Both the position numbers and the translations under genes were made by a program. From Leucoraja ocellata (Eukaryota), in the NCBI GenBank assembly GCA_036785375.1, contig JAWMAR010000101.1:1736001-1800000 (forward strand): DNA of 64,000 nt, written 5' to 3'. The stretch's first letter is position 1, and each line of letters opens with the position of its first letter. Shown here piece by piece: positions 37,086-48,115 of the stretch. The notes below the pieces were generated by a model. That model ran no database searches and had not been told where the DNA came from. It saw only the letters and a list, made by a program, of their open reading frames with translations.

Positions 37086-37700
37086 TGTAATGTTAAAATT
37101 GTACAAGGCATTGGTGAGACCAAATCTGGAGTATGGTGTACAATTTTGGTCGCCCAATTATAGGAAGGATGTCAACAAAATAGAGAGAGTACAGAGGAGA
37201 TTTACTAGAATGTTGCCTGGGTTTCAACAACTAAGTTACAGAGATAGGTTGAATAAGTTAGGTCTTTATTCTCTGGAGCGCAGAAGGTTAAGGGGGGACG
37301 ATAGAGGTCTTTAAAATGATGAGAGGGATAGACAGAGTTGAGGTGGACAAGCTTTTCCCTTTGAGAATAGGGACGATTCAAACAAGAGGACATGACTTCA
37401 GAATTAAGGGACAGAAGTTTAGGGGTAATATGAGGGGGAACTTCTTTACTCAGAGAGTGGTAGCGGTGTGGAATGAGCTTCCAGTGGAAGTGGTGGAGGC
37501 AGGTTCATTGGTATCATTTAAAAATAAATTGGATAGGCATATGGATGAGAAGGGAATGGAGGGTTATGGTATGAGTGCAGGCAGGTGGGACTAAGGGGAA
37601 AAAAAAAATTGTTCAGCACGGACTTGTAGGGCCGAGATAGCCTGTTTCCGTGCTGTAATTGTTATATGGTTATAATATATGGTGTATAATATATGGTGCT
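37086..37700 (+). mobile_element. CR1 3' fragment (GGTTATAT-tail subfamily)
   Basis: ORFs 37039..37314 and 37316..37594 are nearly identical to the C-terminus of 51816..53393. Confidence 0.95.
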
Positions 37701-37884
37701 TCACTACTTAATACTGAATTGTTACACATGTGATTGTTACTTCAAATTACACAAATATTGCTCATATTTGAAAATTGTAAGGATGTCAGAGGCAAGTTTC
37801 CAAAGAAGCTATTCGAGACTGAGCTGTGAAAAAAATAATTTTAACAGTATCTAATATGTTTTAATATTATTTCAGAGCGGAATT

Positions 37885-38493
37885 GGACAGAGCGGAAGGA
37901 GCAAAGAGGTCCTTCTGCAGTTGTACAGAGCCCTAGTGAGACCACACCTGGAGTATTGTGTGCAGTTTTGGACCACTAATTTGAGGAAGGACATTCTTGC
38001 TATTGAGGGAGTGCAGCATAGTTTACAAGGTTAATTCCCAGTCTGGCAGGATTGTCATATGCTGAGAGAATGGAGCAGCTGGGCTTGTACACTCTGGAGT
38101 TTCGAAGGCTGAGAGGGGATCTCATTGAAACATATATGATTGTTAAGGGTTTGGACACACTAGAGGCAGGAAACATGGTCCCGATGTTGGGGCAGTCCAG
38201 AACCAGGGGCCACAGTTTAAGAATAAGGCTTAAGCCATTTAGAACGGAGACGAGGAAACACTTTTTCTCACAGAGGGTGGTGAGTCTGTGGAATTCTCTG
38301 CCTCAGAGGGCGGTGGAGGCAGGTTGTCTGGATGCTTTCAAGAGAGAGAGGGCTCTTGAAAATAGCGGAGTCAGGGGATATGGGGAGAAGGCAGGAACGG
38401 GTTACTGATTTGGGGATGATCAGCCATGATCACATTGAATGGCGGTGCTGGCTCGAAGGGCCGAATGGCCTACTCCTGCACCTATTGTCTATT
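37885..38493 (+). mobile_element. CR1 3' fragment
   Basis: ORF 38052..38408 contains RRLRGDLIE and KHFFSQRVVSLWNSLP; 3' UTR ends in CTATTGT repeats. Confidence 0.93.
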
Positions 38494-39602
38494 GATGATT
38501 ATGGGTCCTATCAATTGGCCAAACTGTAAAGTTACAGGCAGTTTCATTTCCAATTGTGTAAGTGAATAGTTTTACATTTGTTGATTGTGGTAGCTACATT
38601 TCCAAACTTCTAAAAATTCAGCTTGTCAGTTCAGTTTAGTTTATTGTTACGTGTACCGAGAAACAGTGAAAATAATGTTCTGCTTATGTGACATTACACA
38701 CAGAATACACAAATACTTATATTATCTTGAGACAGAAAAAGTGGGCAATTGAATATTTTAATTCCATGTGAAGTATAGATATATAAATGTATTCAATCAT
38801 AAAAAATATTAAATACTGTGTGTGTGTGTGTGTGTTGGGAAAAGGCATTGAATTTTCTCGTGATATTTTGAATTCAAGATAAACTCAAAGTTAAATCAAA
38901 TAGAAAACATTATTTTGAGACAGTAAGATATCTTGAGAATTTATTTTGTTTTCACTGGTTTTTATTTCCCATGCCCCATATTATTTGTATGTATTTGTTT
39001 CCAAATATTGTTATTAATAGGAACATAAATCTGTTTCAACACTTCCATGCCCCCCAAAATTTCAAAATCAATCAAGAATTTTGCAATGTAGGAAATTCAG
39101 TCGGCAATTTGTACAATATAGATAGGAGGTTTTGGGTAGGGCCCATCTTTGTACTGAATGTGGAAGGGGTTGGGGGAGAAATCTGGAAGAAAGGAGGAGC
39201 AGGACAAAACGCGGCAGATAAAATCTGTCCTCCATAATGGCCAGATAATGCCTGTCTTTCACTTATGTTGATTGAGAAATAAATCCTGGCCAGAATACAA
39301 ACCTATTCCCACTCTTTTTCTGAAATAATGCCAGAGGACATGTTAGAAAGTCGACGGGTGTTAAATTTGGTCATTCTATTACTGAGCAGGGAAAGCTGAC
39401 AACTGGCCTACAGTTGACACCTCAGAGAGGTTGAGCTGTAGAAGGGATGATAAGTATTATTCACTTATCAATACTGTTTCAGAATCCAGAAGATCCATCT
39501 GGTCAAGAATATTACAAATATCCAGTAACCAATGAAAAAAAAGTACAAAGTACAAACGTGAGTAGAATTTACCAAACAATAAGCTAAAGAATAGCAGCAT
39601 AT

Positions 39603-40255
39603 ATTGAGTATAGAAGTTGGGATGTAATGTTAAAATTGTACAAGGCATTGGTGAGGCCAATTCTGGAGTATGGTGTACACTTTTGGTCGCCTAATTATAG
39701 GAAGGATGTCAACAAAATAGAGAGAGTACAGAGGAGATTTACTAGAATGTTGCCTGGGTTTCAGCAACTAAGTTACAGAGAAAGGTTGAACAAGTTAGGG
39801 CTTTATTCTTTGGAGCGCAGAAGGTTAAGGGGGGACTTGATAGAGGTTTTTAAAATGATGAGAGGGATAGACAGAGTTGACGTGGAAAAGCTTTTCCCAC
39901 TGAGAGTAGGAAAGATTCAAACAAGGGGACATGACATGAGAATTAAGGGACTGAAGTTTAGGGGTAACATGAGGGGGAACTTCTTTACTCAGAGAGTGGT
40001 AGCTGTGTGGAATGAGCTTCCAGTGAAGGTGGTGGAGGCAGGTTCGTTTTTATCATTTAAAAATAAATTGGATAGTTATATGGATGGGAAGGGAATGGAG
40101 GGTTATGGTCTGAGCGCAGGTATATGGGACTAGGGGAGATTATGTGTTCGGCACGGACTAGAAGGGTCGAGATGGCCTGTTTCCGTGCTGTAATAGATAT
40201 AGATATAGATATGCCATTTATTGTTATATTGTTATATGGTTATTATATGGTTATT
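39603..40255 (+). mobile_element. CR1 3' fragment (GGTTATAT-tail subfamily)
   Basis: ORF 39627..40133, followed by (GTTATAT)n and (ATATAG)n tail repeats. Confidence 0.95.
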
Positions 40256-40320
40256 GCACAGGCGCACCAATAAAGGTTAAAGTATGCCATATTATTGGTA
40301 TGTATTTTTTTTTTCCAAAT

Positions 40321-40360
40321 ATTGACAGATAGGAAGAAAAATTGACAGATAGGAAGAAAA
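40321..40360. repeat. Perfect 20-bp tandem duplication
   Basis: ATTGACAGATAGGAAGAAAA occurs twice in tandem. Confidence 0.95.
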
Positions 40361-40379
40361 AAAGTATGATACTTAAAGA

Positions 40380-41480
40380 TCCCATTATTTATTTAACGCG
40401 ACAAACTCCGGTAAGCAAAAAGCAACCCCTACCACATCCAGACGGGTCGTTTTTTTAAGTTACGTCAAGTTACACTATTTAACAGCAGGGTAAATATTGG
40501 AGACATGGCATCGAAGCGCAATGGAGCAGCATGACCAGGCGCACGATCCGCCGATTTTCCAGGGAACTCAGTACGTGTGGGAGTCCTCTCTCCTCGAATT
40601 GCACTATTTTTGTTTAACTTTTCACAGGTCTATCTTAAATAGATTCCTCTGTTAAAGCCCTTAAAACGGCCATACACCGGGAAATACGGATACATTAAAT
40701 TACATTTAAACTAAATAAAACCCCACAATAAACTGCAGTGAGACGTTGCAGAAAGGGTGACCCCAAAACGAATGGCAACGAGGCAAGACTTGTTGTGCAA
40801 CGGAAGCTTTGTGTTTTTCTAATGTTTCATTCACATCGAATGCATATTTATTTCAAGAGAAACATACTGGTGGAAACTAATGGAAATAACATATTAAGCG
40901 AAAGGAGGTGAAATTGGGTTTAGTTTGAAACGGGGTTTGGTTCACGTTTAACCTTTTTTTAATTCACTGAAGTTTTCAATGGCTGTGCGTTGAAAACATT
41001 CACTCGCGCTAATCTGCCCGACGCGGTGAATTATAACCTACAGGTAGCAAAATAAGATTAATTAGAAACACCCATGAGCGGGGTTTGTTTTTAGTTCAGG
41101 GGTGTCAGTGAGCCGGCAACTCACAGCGTCTAAAATCTAACCTTCACCTTCTGCGTAAATTCCCGACAGGACCTGCAGGACTCTCGGGAGGGTGGAGGGG
41201 TCCAGGGCGTCGATGAAGTTCTCCAGGGTCAGAGCCATCCCTGCGCCGCGTGACTCTCCCCGGGCAGCGCTCGATGCAGTGCAGAGAGGAAAGCGCCGGG
41301 CGCTGCTCTCACCTTCTCCCGCCCTCGGTGTCTCAGCTCCGCCCTTGTACTCTAGAACGGGGCAACCCTACTACTGACACAACCAGTCTTCCCCGTGCAC
41401 CCCCCCTGGCACTTCTGAATCTGATGGAGACTCGTAACCACGCACAACGTGCTCCTCGTCTTCGCTCACACCCCTCAAAT
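40380..41480 (-). promoter_or_regulatory. CpG-enriched region around THEMIS exon 1 (probable promoter / 5' end)
   Basis: Non-repeat DNA with visibly more CpG than its flanks. GC boxes (CCGCCC near 41317-41323 and 41339-41344) lie just upstream of the ATG. The TSS is not determined. Confidence 0.55.
41148..41238 (-). CDS. THEMIS: THEMIS coding exon 1 (91 nt; MALTLENFIDALDPSTLPRVLQVLSGIYAE-G)
   Basis: Hand translation from ATG at 41238 (too short for the ORF track). It matches the recalled N-terminus of mammalian THEMIS (MALSLEEF...TLPRVLEIQAGIYLEG). It ends in phase 1 at the donor G|GTGAAG (41147), compatible with exon 2. Confidence 0.9.
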
Positions 41481-41597
41481 ACAAACACCTTCCACCCAGT
41501 CAAGCTCTCCTCTCCCCATCTTCTCACCTGCACTTGCCCACCCAATGTCCCCCCCCAATCCATCCAAGCAAGCTTCTCTCCACCTAAACCATTCTCT

Positions 41598-41761
41598 CGT
41601 GTAAGAAGGAACTGCAGATGCTGGTTACACCGAAGACAGACACAAAATACTGGAGTAACTCAGCAGGATAGGCAGCATCTCTGGAGAGAAGGAATGGGTG
41701 ACATTTTGGGTTGAGACCCTTCTTCAAACATTGTCTGAAGAAAGGTCTCCACCCAAAATGT
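41598..41761. mobile_element. Inverted pLTR insert upstream of the THEMIS ATG
   Basis: Full reverse pLTR plus a short forward pLTR. Flanked by CACCTAAACCATTCTCT at 41581-41597 and 41762-41778. Confidence 0.88.
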
Positions 41762-42149
41762 CACCTAAACCATTCTCTTTCCAGTCCTCCAGTGAATCTA
41801 CTGCTGTCTGCCGATCTCACTCCACTTCACCATTCATGCAGTCAATCTATTGACTGGGTGGTCCACCCAGTCCAATTCTCCCATCTCCTCTCTGATCAGC
41901 ACCAGTTTCCTTTGCCTCCCAAGGAACTGCCCTAGCAAATCTGTAGACAACTGTCACGCCTGAAACTTTGCACAACCATTACCCCACCCCACCTCTCACA
42001 AGCAGCTCCAAACCACCCACACTGATATACAACCTTCCATCATCCCCAATAGATCTATTTATTCCCTCTTATCCTCCACAGCTAACTCACCACTTCAACA
42101 AGTATAGCTCCTAATGCCCCTCAAATTTTCCACATCTAACCCCCACATC

Positions 42150-42260
42150 CAGTGGCGGACTGGCCAGGGTGTCAGCTTGCCCGATGGCAAGTGGGCGCCT
42201 GATGAAGTGGGCCCTCTTTGTCTCTTGGCAACCAATATTTTTAGACCCAGTCCGCCACTG
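42150..42260. mobile_element. hAT-type MITE (111 bp)
   Basis: Perfect 14-bp TIR CAGTGGCGGACTGG and 8-bp TSD CCCACATC (42142-42149, 42261-42268). Confidence 0.92.
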
Positions 42261-42769
42261 CCCACATCTCCTGCTTTTACTTAACCAGTCAGCCTGGTCT
42301 TCTGCACAAACAGATTCCCCCGAGGGCTGTGGCTGGTTGCCTGCTTTGCTTGCACTTCCTGAGGGGGAGGGGGGGTGGGAAAGCAGCTTCAGAAATGATC
42401 GTCTTGATTGTGCAGTTCATTCTTTTCTGCGGCATCAAAGGTGCTTGTGCAGAACAACAGTGGGTGACAGTCCTATAAAATGCAACTTTTGCAAACCCAA
42501 TATTAACGGCAGCATTTCTGAAAGGATTATTTTAAAAAATGTAATCTACGTATCAGGCAGTAACGATGCTCGAAGGATACACTAAGGTTTATGAAAAACA
42601 TTTAAAAATTCACACCTTTAGAGTCAGTGGGTAGATTATATAGATATATAAGATAATGATGAGGACTTTCAAATTGACACAAGCCACTGGCCTGCCACAA
42701 CCGAGCTCACACCAGAATTATTTATTTAGATTTATTTTTAATTTCATGAGTTCTGACTCAATTATGCTT

Positions 42770-44260
42770 AGAGTCAGAGTCTCAAAGCATGGAAACAGGC
42801 CCTTTGGCACAACTTGTCCACACCAGCCAAAATGTCCCATCTATACTAGTTCCACCTACCTGTATTTGGCCCAGATCCCTCTAAAGCTATCTTATCCATA
42901 TACCTGTCGAAATATTTCAAGATTCAAGATTCAAGATTCAAGATTCAATTTAATTGTCATTTGGACCCCTTGAGGTCCAAACGAAATGCCGTTTCTGCAG
43001 CCATACATTACAAACAAATAAACCCAAGGCACAACATAATTTACATAAACAACATAAATAATTTACATAAAGGCCAAAAAAACTTATCTCTCCACTGCAC
43101 TCCCCCCCCCCCCCCCCCCCCTCCCGATGTCAGAGTCAAAGTCAAAGCCCCCGGCTGGCGATGGCGATTGTCCCGCGGCCATTAAAGCCACGCCGGGTGA
43201 TGCGAGGCGCACGCCGGGTCTTGGTGTTAGAGCCCCCGGCGTGCGCTCGCAGAGTCCCGCGGCCATTCCAAGCCGCGCGGGGCGGTGATGTCAGGCCCCG
43301 CTCCAGGAGCTCTTCGACCCCGAAACTCGGGCGGGAAAAGTCGCCGTTGCGGGAGCCCTGAAAAGCGGTCTCCCTCCAGTGACCCGCGGGCTCCCGGTGC
43401 CGCCGTCCGCCAGACCCGCAGTTGCAGCCTCCGAATCTCCGGAGGTCGGGCCGCAGCAGCAGCAGCGCTCCACCACCGCTCCACCCGCTCCGGACTCGGC
43501 CAGCTCCGCGACGGTGAGGTGAGTCGTCGGCACCAGAGTCCCCGGTCTTCTCCTGTTGGAGGCCGCTCTTTGTTGCAGCCCCAACGACAACGGAGACCCG
43601 ACAAGAAAAGGTCGGGTCTCCCGTGCAGGGAGAGATTTAAAAAGTTACCCCCTCCCTCCCACCCCACCCCCACCCCCCCACACACACACACCCCAACAAA
43701 AAATAACGAAAACTACATAGAAACATAGACAAAAAATAATAAAAACGCGGACGGGCTGCAGAGGCCGCTGCTGACGAGAGTCGCGCCGCCTTGTATTTCG
43801 CAATATTTCTTAAATATTGCGATAATATCTGACTCAACTACATCCTCTGGCAGCTTGTTCCATACACCACCACACTTTGTGCGAAAAAGCTACCCTATCA
43901 AATCTCCCCCCCCCCCCCCCCCCCCCCACCTAACACCCATGTCCTCTTGGTCTCAATTCCCCTACCCTGGGCAACGACTGTGAGTCTACCTGATTTATAC
44001 CTCTCATGATTTTGTACACCTCTATAAAGATCACCCTTCATTCTCCTGTGCTCCAAAAAATAGAGTCTTTGCCTGCTCAACCTCTGTCTATAGCTCAGGC
44101 CCTCGAATCCTGGCAATATCCTCATAAGTCTTCTCAGCATCCTTTCCAGCTTGACAAAACCTTTCCTATAACATTATGCCCAAATCTGAACATAATACTC
44201 TAAATGCGGCCTCGCCAACATCTTATGCAACTGCAACATGACCTCTCAACTTCTATACTC
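42770..44260 (-). mobile_element. Old CR1 3' fragment interrupted by a GC-rich retroposon (42917-43790)
   Basis: ORF 43898..44140 (R.LPGFEGLSYRQRL...RMKGDL); the 3' UTR part is at 42770-42915. Confidence 0.75.
42917..43790 (-). mobile_element. GC-rich non-autonomous retroposon with (ATCTTGA)n tail
   Basis: Tail TCAAGATTCAAGATT... at 42917-42948, CpG-rich core, 5' end GGCGGCGCGAC. Inserted into a CR1. Confidence 0.65.
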
Positions 44261-44429
44261 TTGGAATGGTTTAATTATCTTTCTCATGTACAGGTTATAA
44301 CTGTTGTACACTGAAAACTCATCGAGGGTTGGGCTCAGGATCTCATGGAAGAAAAGGCCATTGAGTGGCAAGGTTTCCAATTATTTGTTTTGTTGGCTTG
44401 GAACAAAGATGGAAACTACAGCAATAAGA

Positions 44430-44955
44430 TAATTAAAGACTTTCAGTCTTTGTAGCTGTAGGGTGACCATCGAGTTCAATGATGTCAGTGGTGCAACCTG
44501 AGTTAAGTTTGAAGACCAGCCCTGGTGGCACACACTAGAGGCCTTTCTGCCTTCTCTGGCTATCGTAAACTGGTCTTGTCGGCAACCTTCAAAGTTGATA
44601 CAGGCCCTTTTGGTCAAAGCACACCAGCCTTTTCTATCCTGGGACCAAGAGTCTCTTGCAGGAAAGCCACTCTGTTTGAGGCTGCCTTTGAAACAATCCT
44701 CGTATTGCTTTCTCTTTCCTGGACATCCTGGTGCCTCTGTACATGAACTCTGTAAAGGAGCTGGCATGGCATGCAGGAGCTGTCCTTATGGATTACGTAG
44801 GTTGTTCGGTGTAACTGAGCCCTCAGTATCCTGGTCTCAATGCTGACCAGGCTGGGTCCATTCAGAACCTCCATCACCCTGACCTGACATTTGATGCCCA
44901 CAGGTGATCTCAGTGATCTTGTGTGGAATCGCCCAAGCTGTTTGATGTGTTTCCT
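44430..44955 (-). mobile_element. RTE-clade (BovB-like) LINE 3' fragment
   Basis: ORFs 44614..45060 and 44381..44767 give KHIKQL.RFH.RSLR...GIK, SIE..IL.AQL, P.QLLY and G..KQYED..K.SLK, typical of the RTE ORF C-terminus. Confidence 0.75.
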
Positions 44956-47129
44956 GGAAAGGTTGAGTGAGTGGGCAGATGCGTGGCAGATGCAGTATAA
45001 TATAGATAAATGTGAGGTTATCCATCTCACCAAGGATTGAGACCCATCAACTACTTTCAATTACTTTAGCCGGCCTGTCAAAGCCATTGCTGGAGTGTGG
45101 CCAATATCATGTGAAACAGCAGCTTGGAGGCACAGGTGAGAGCTGAGTACCAAGTGGGGACCAATGCTGGATGAGCAGCCTAATAGGGGCGACAACATGC
45201 CCTCCAACCAATGTTACTATTCCTACCTGAGCACTTCACACACCCCAAACCTTCAGTGCATTATCTAACATTTAATTTATTAATTAGCAAATATGACCAC
45301 CATTACAACTTCATGCAAACCACAATCTGCACAGCCATCCAATATCACTATGATTCCATATATAGAATGAGAGAGGGATTCATTGATTACAAATCTCGAC
45401 CCGAAACATCACCCGTTCCTTGTCTGCAGGAATGCTGCCAGTCCCGCTGAGTTAATCCAGCATTTTGTGTCTACCTTCGGTTAAAACAAGCACCTGCAGT
45501 TCCTTCCTACACATTAAAAGACAAATGATTAATGTCAATCTAAGAATGCAGATCCATGGAAAAGTTATTTTGTTACAGGAGGTCAGTGTCCAATATAGTT
45601 TCCATTCAACACAAAGTAATACCAATGTTGTAAATCCTGACAAAAGCCCAGGATGTGGACATCTTGTTTTGTTGTGCTGGTCAGTGTTCAGAAGTCTCTC
45701 CATCCCGTCAGGATATTCAGATCAATGAGGGCTCTTGAGGCACTAAAATTATACAGCTGGGGAGGGGTATGCTCCCAAAACTACTGAAGGATCTGGTTTT
45801 CTTTGTACCAACCTTTCCTAATGGGTGAACATCGGCAAGGTTACATGTGCCAATTGTGCCTGTACTGAATTATCAATACCAACTAGCTATAGTCATAAAA
45901 TGATAACAAATTAATGCTGGGGGCATGTGGATTTATACAAAATTGCTAGCAAATCCCAACAAATAACATTAACTCATCCTTTGAGGGATCTGAATGTGGT
46001 GTACACTGTAATTCAGTGCAAAATGTCTTTTCCCAGGGTTATTAATTTCTGGTATAAATTGCTTAACTTGTTTTAATTCTTAAAGTCTAGGAATTAAAAA
46101 TGTATCCTTGAGCCTTTGCAAAACATCAATAGCTCATGGATTGACTTTAAAATGGGAACAATTTTGTCCATTGGCACATTATGCTGTCTAAGATGTGCAA
46201 AGTTTATTAGTTTACAATGCTAAAGCCTCACAAATTGAGTTAATAATATCTGCTGGGATATTAGAGAGTTGTAGTTTTCTAGATTAAATTTTACTGCAGT
46301 AGGAAGAAAGTTTTATTCATTTGGGTAGCAAAGAAGACTGGAAGATTAAAGAAGTTTGCATGATAGCACTTAAAAATAATTTATCTGGACAATGCATTCG
46401 ATATGACTGCTTTATATAAATTAATGAGAGAATATATTCAGCTAAAGTTGTGGCCAAATACCGCCAGAACTAAATAGATCCATTGCTGGGGAGGTGGGCG
46501 GGGGTGGGTGGGGAAAGAATTGAACTAACAGCCAGCAGATAGTTCATTGAGGAGATCCCAATGAGGTCTAGCGGGCAGGACATGGATTCACAGAATCATA
46601 GAGCACAAAAACAGGCCAAGGTCATTATCCTGTTTTGTCCTTCTTTCTAACTGGATATTGCATAGCCTGAACTCTCATCATCACACGATTAAGAGCATCT
46701 ACCTTTCTGGTTGTCCCTTTTCCCATAAATAACCTATTCCAATCAACTTCAGCAAGTTACTGTCTAATACCATCAAAGTTGGTCTTGCTCCAATTCAGAA
46801 ATTGTACTTGTTGGCCTGCCCTATCTTTATCCATGACTATTTGAAGCTAATAGAACTGTGGTCACTGGTCCCAAGACCTTTGCCCACTAAATGGAGTGAT
46901 CGGATACTATTAATGCCGTACCATGCTATTTTATCCAGACAATGGTATGATGGTTGCCATCTATTTTCGAGAATCCCCTTGTCGTCTTCTTGCTTCTACC
47001 ATCAGGCAGGAGGTACAGAATTGTGAAGTCCTACACAACCAACTCAGGAACTTCTACTTTCCTACAACTAGTGGGTTCTTGAACTGACCTACACAATCCT
47101 AATCCTACCTTGGAAACGGACACTATGAA

Positions 47130-48115
47130 TAGCAATGTTACAAAATTTTGAATTTTAAAAATCAAGTTTGCAATTTATCCCATCAGATAAAGCATAAAAA
47201 TAAGTTTAATTGGACACCTAATTCACTTTCATATCATCAGTATTAAAAAATGTTATGGCCATTTTCATACTCAGAAATTAGCATCTTGTTCCCTATTACT
47301 TTTCCATTGACAACACAAAAGCTGTGATCGAGAACAGTCAAAAACCCATAACTTCTTAAAAATTAAGAGAACTGAAATACATTTTCAGTTATTATAGATT
47401 GAAGCATTCTGAAACAAATATGAAACAATCTTACTTGGATGACCTGAAATTAAAGCATATAATTAGTTAGTTACCTAGAACTAAACATCTATCCATTCCT
47501 TAAGAAAAGATTAACATTTTAAATAGCCTAAATGTCCAAATAACATTCACATGGTCATGAATTTATAGGCCAAATGGAAGGAATTTAGTGTTTAAGTCCC
47601 GTAAATTAATGACCATTTTAATCATCTTGCGAGTGAGATTTTGTGGAACGCGACCGTTTGGAACGTTGCGGTTGCGGTGAATTTGAACCCCATATCGACA
47701 GGAAAAATACGTCGATACGTTCGTATATTTACATAATCACATTTTCGCAACGTAAAATTTGGATTAAGGTAACCCTAAGAAGCACGTTTATATGTAAAAT
47801 AGCCGTCTCGTACGTGAAATCCGTCCCGGTTATCGGCGTTGACGGCATTAGAAGCTAATTTTTATTTTACTCCAGCGCTGAAATAGTCCCACGATTAAAA
47901 AAAAAAATTTCACAGAACAGCAGTCAGAACAAATCTTCAGCTAGAACCCCGAGAAAATATATCCAGGATAGGCAATAGAAAACTGCATTTTAACCCCCCC
48001 CCCCCCCCCCCCCCACCCCCCCACCCCCTCCCCCCCCCTCAAATGCGCCAAAGTTGCGCATACGGCCAGTGACGGAAGTGCAGCGCCGCTGAAGAGAAGG
48101 TTTGTAACATACCTA
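47130..48115. mobile_element. Non-autonomous TIR DNA transposon (hAT-like, 986 bp)
   Basis: TIRs TAGCAATGTTACAAA / TTTGTAACATACCTA; flanking duplication CTATGAA (47123-47129, 48116-48122). Confidence 0.8.

Noticed and set aside
2232-38493. Inverted CR1 pair flanking exon 2 driving circular RNA formation
   Set aside because: The opposite-strand partner is ~34 kb away and from a diverged subfamily; the sequence alone gives no support.
43084-43837. CpG island with overlapping ORFs as a separate gene or promoter
   Set aside because: The region is bounded by a retroposon-type tail, inserted inside a CR1, and similar in layout to 20104-20897.
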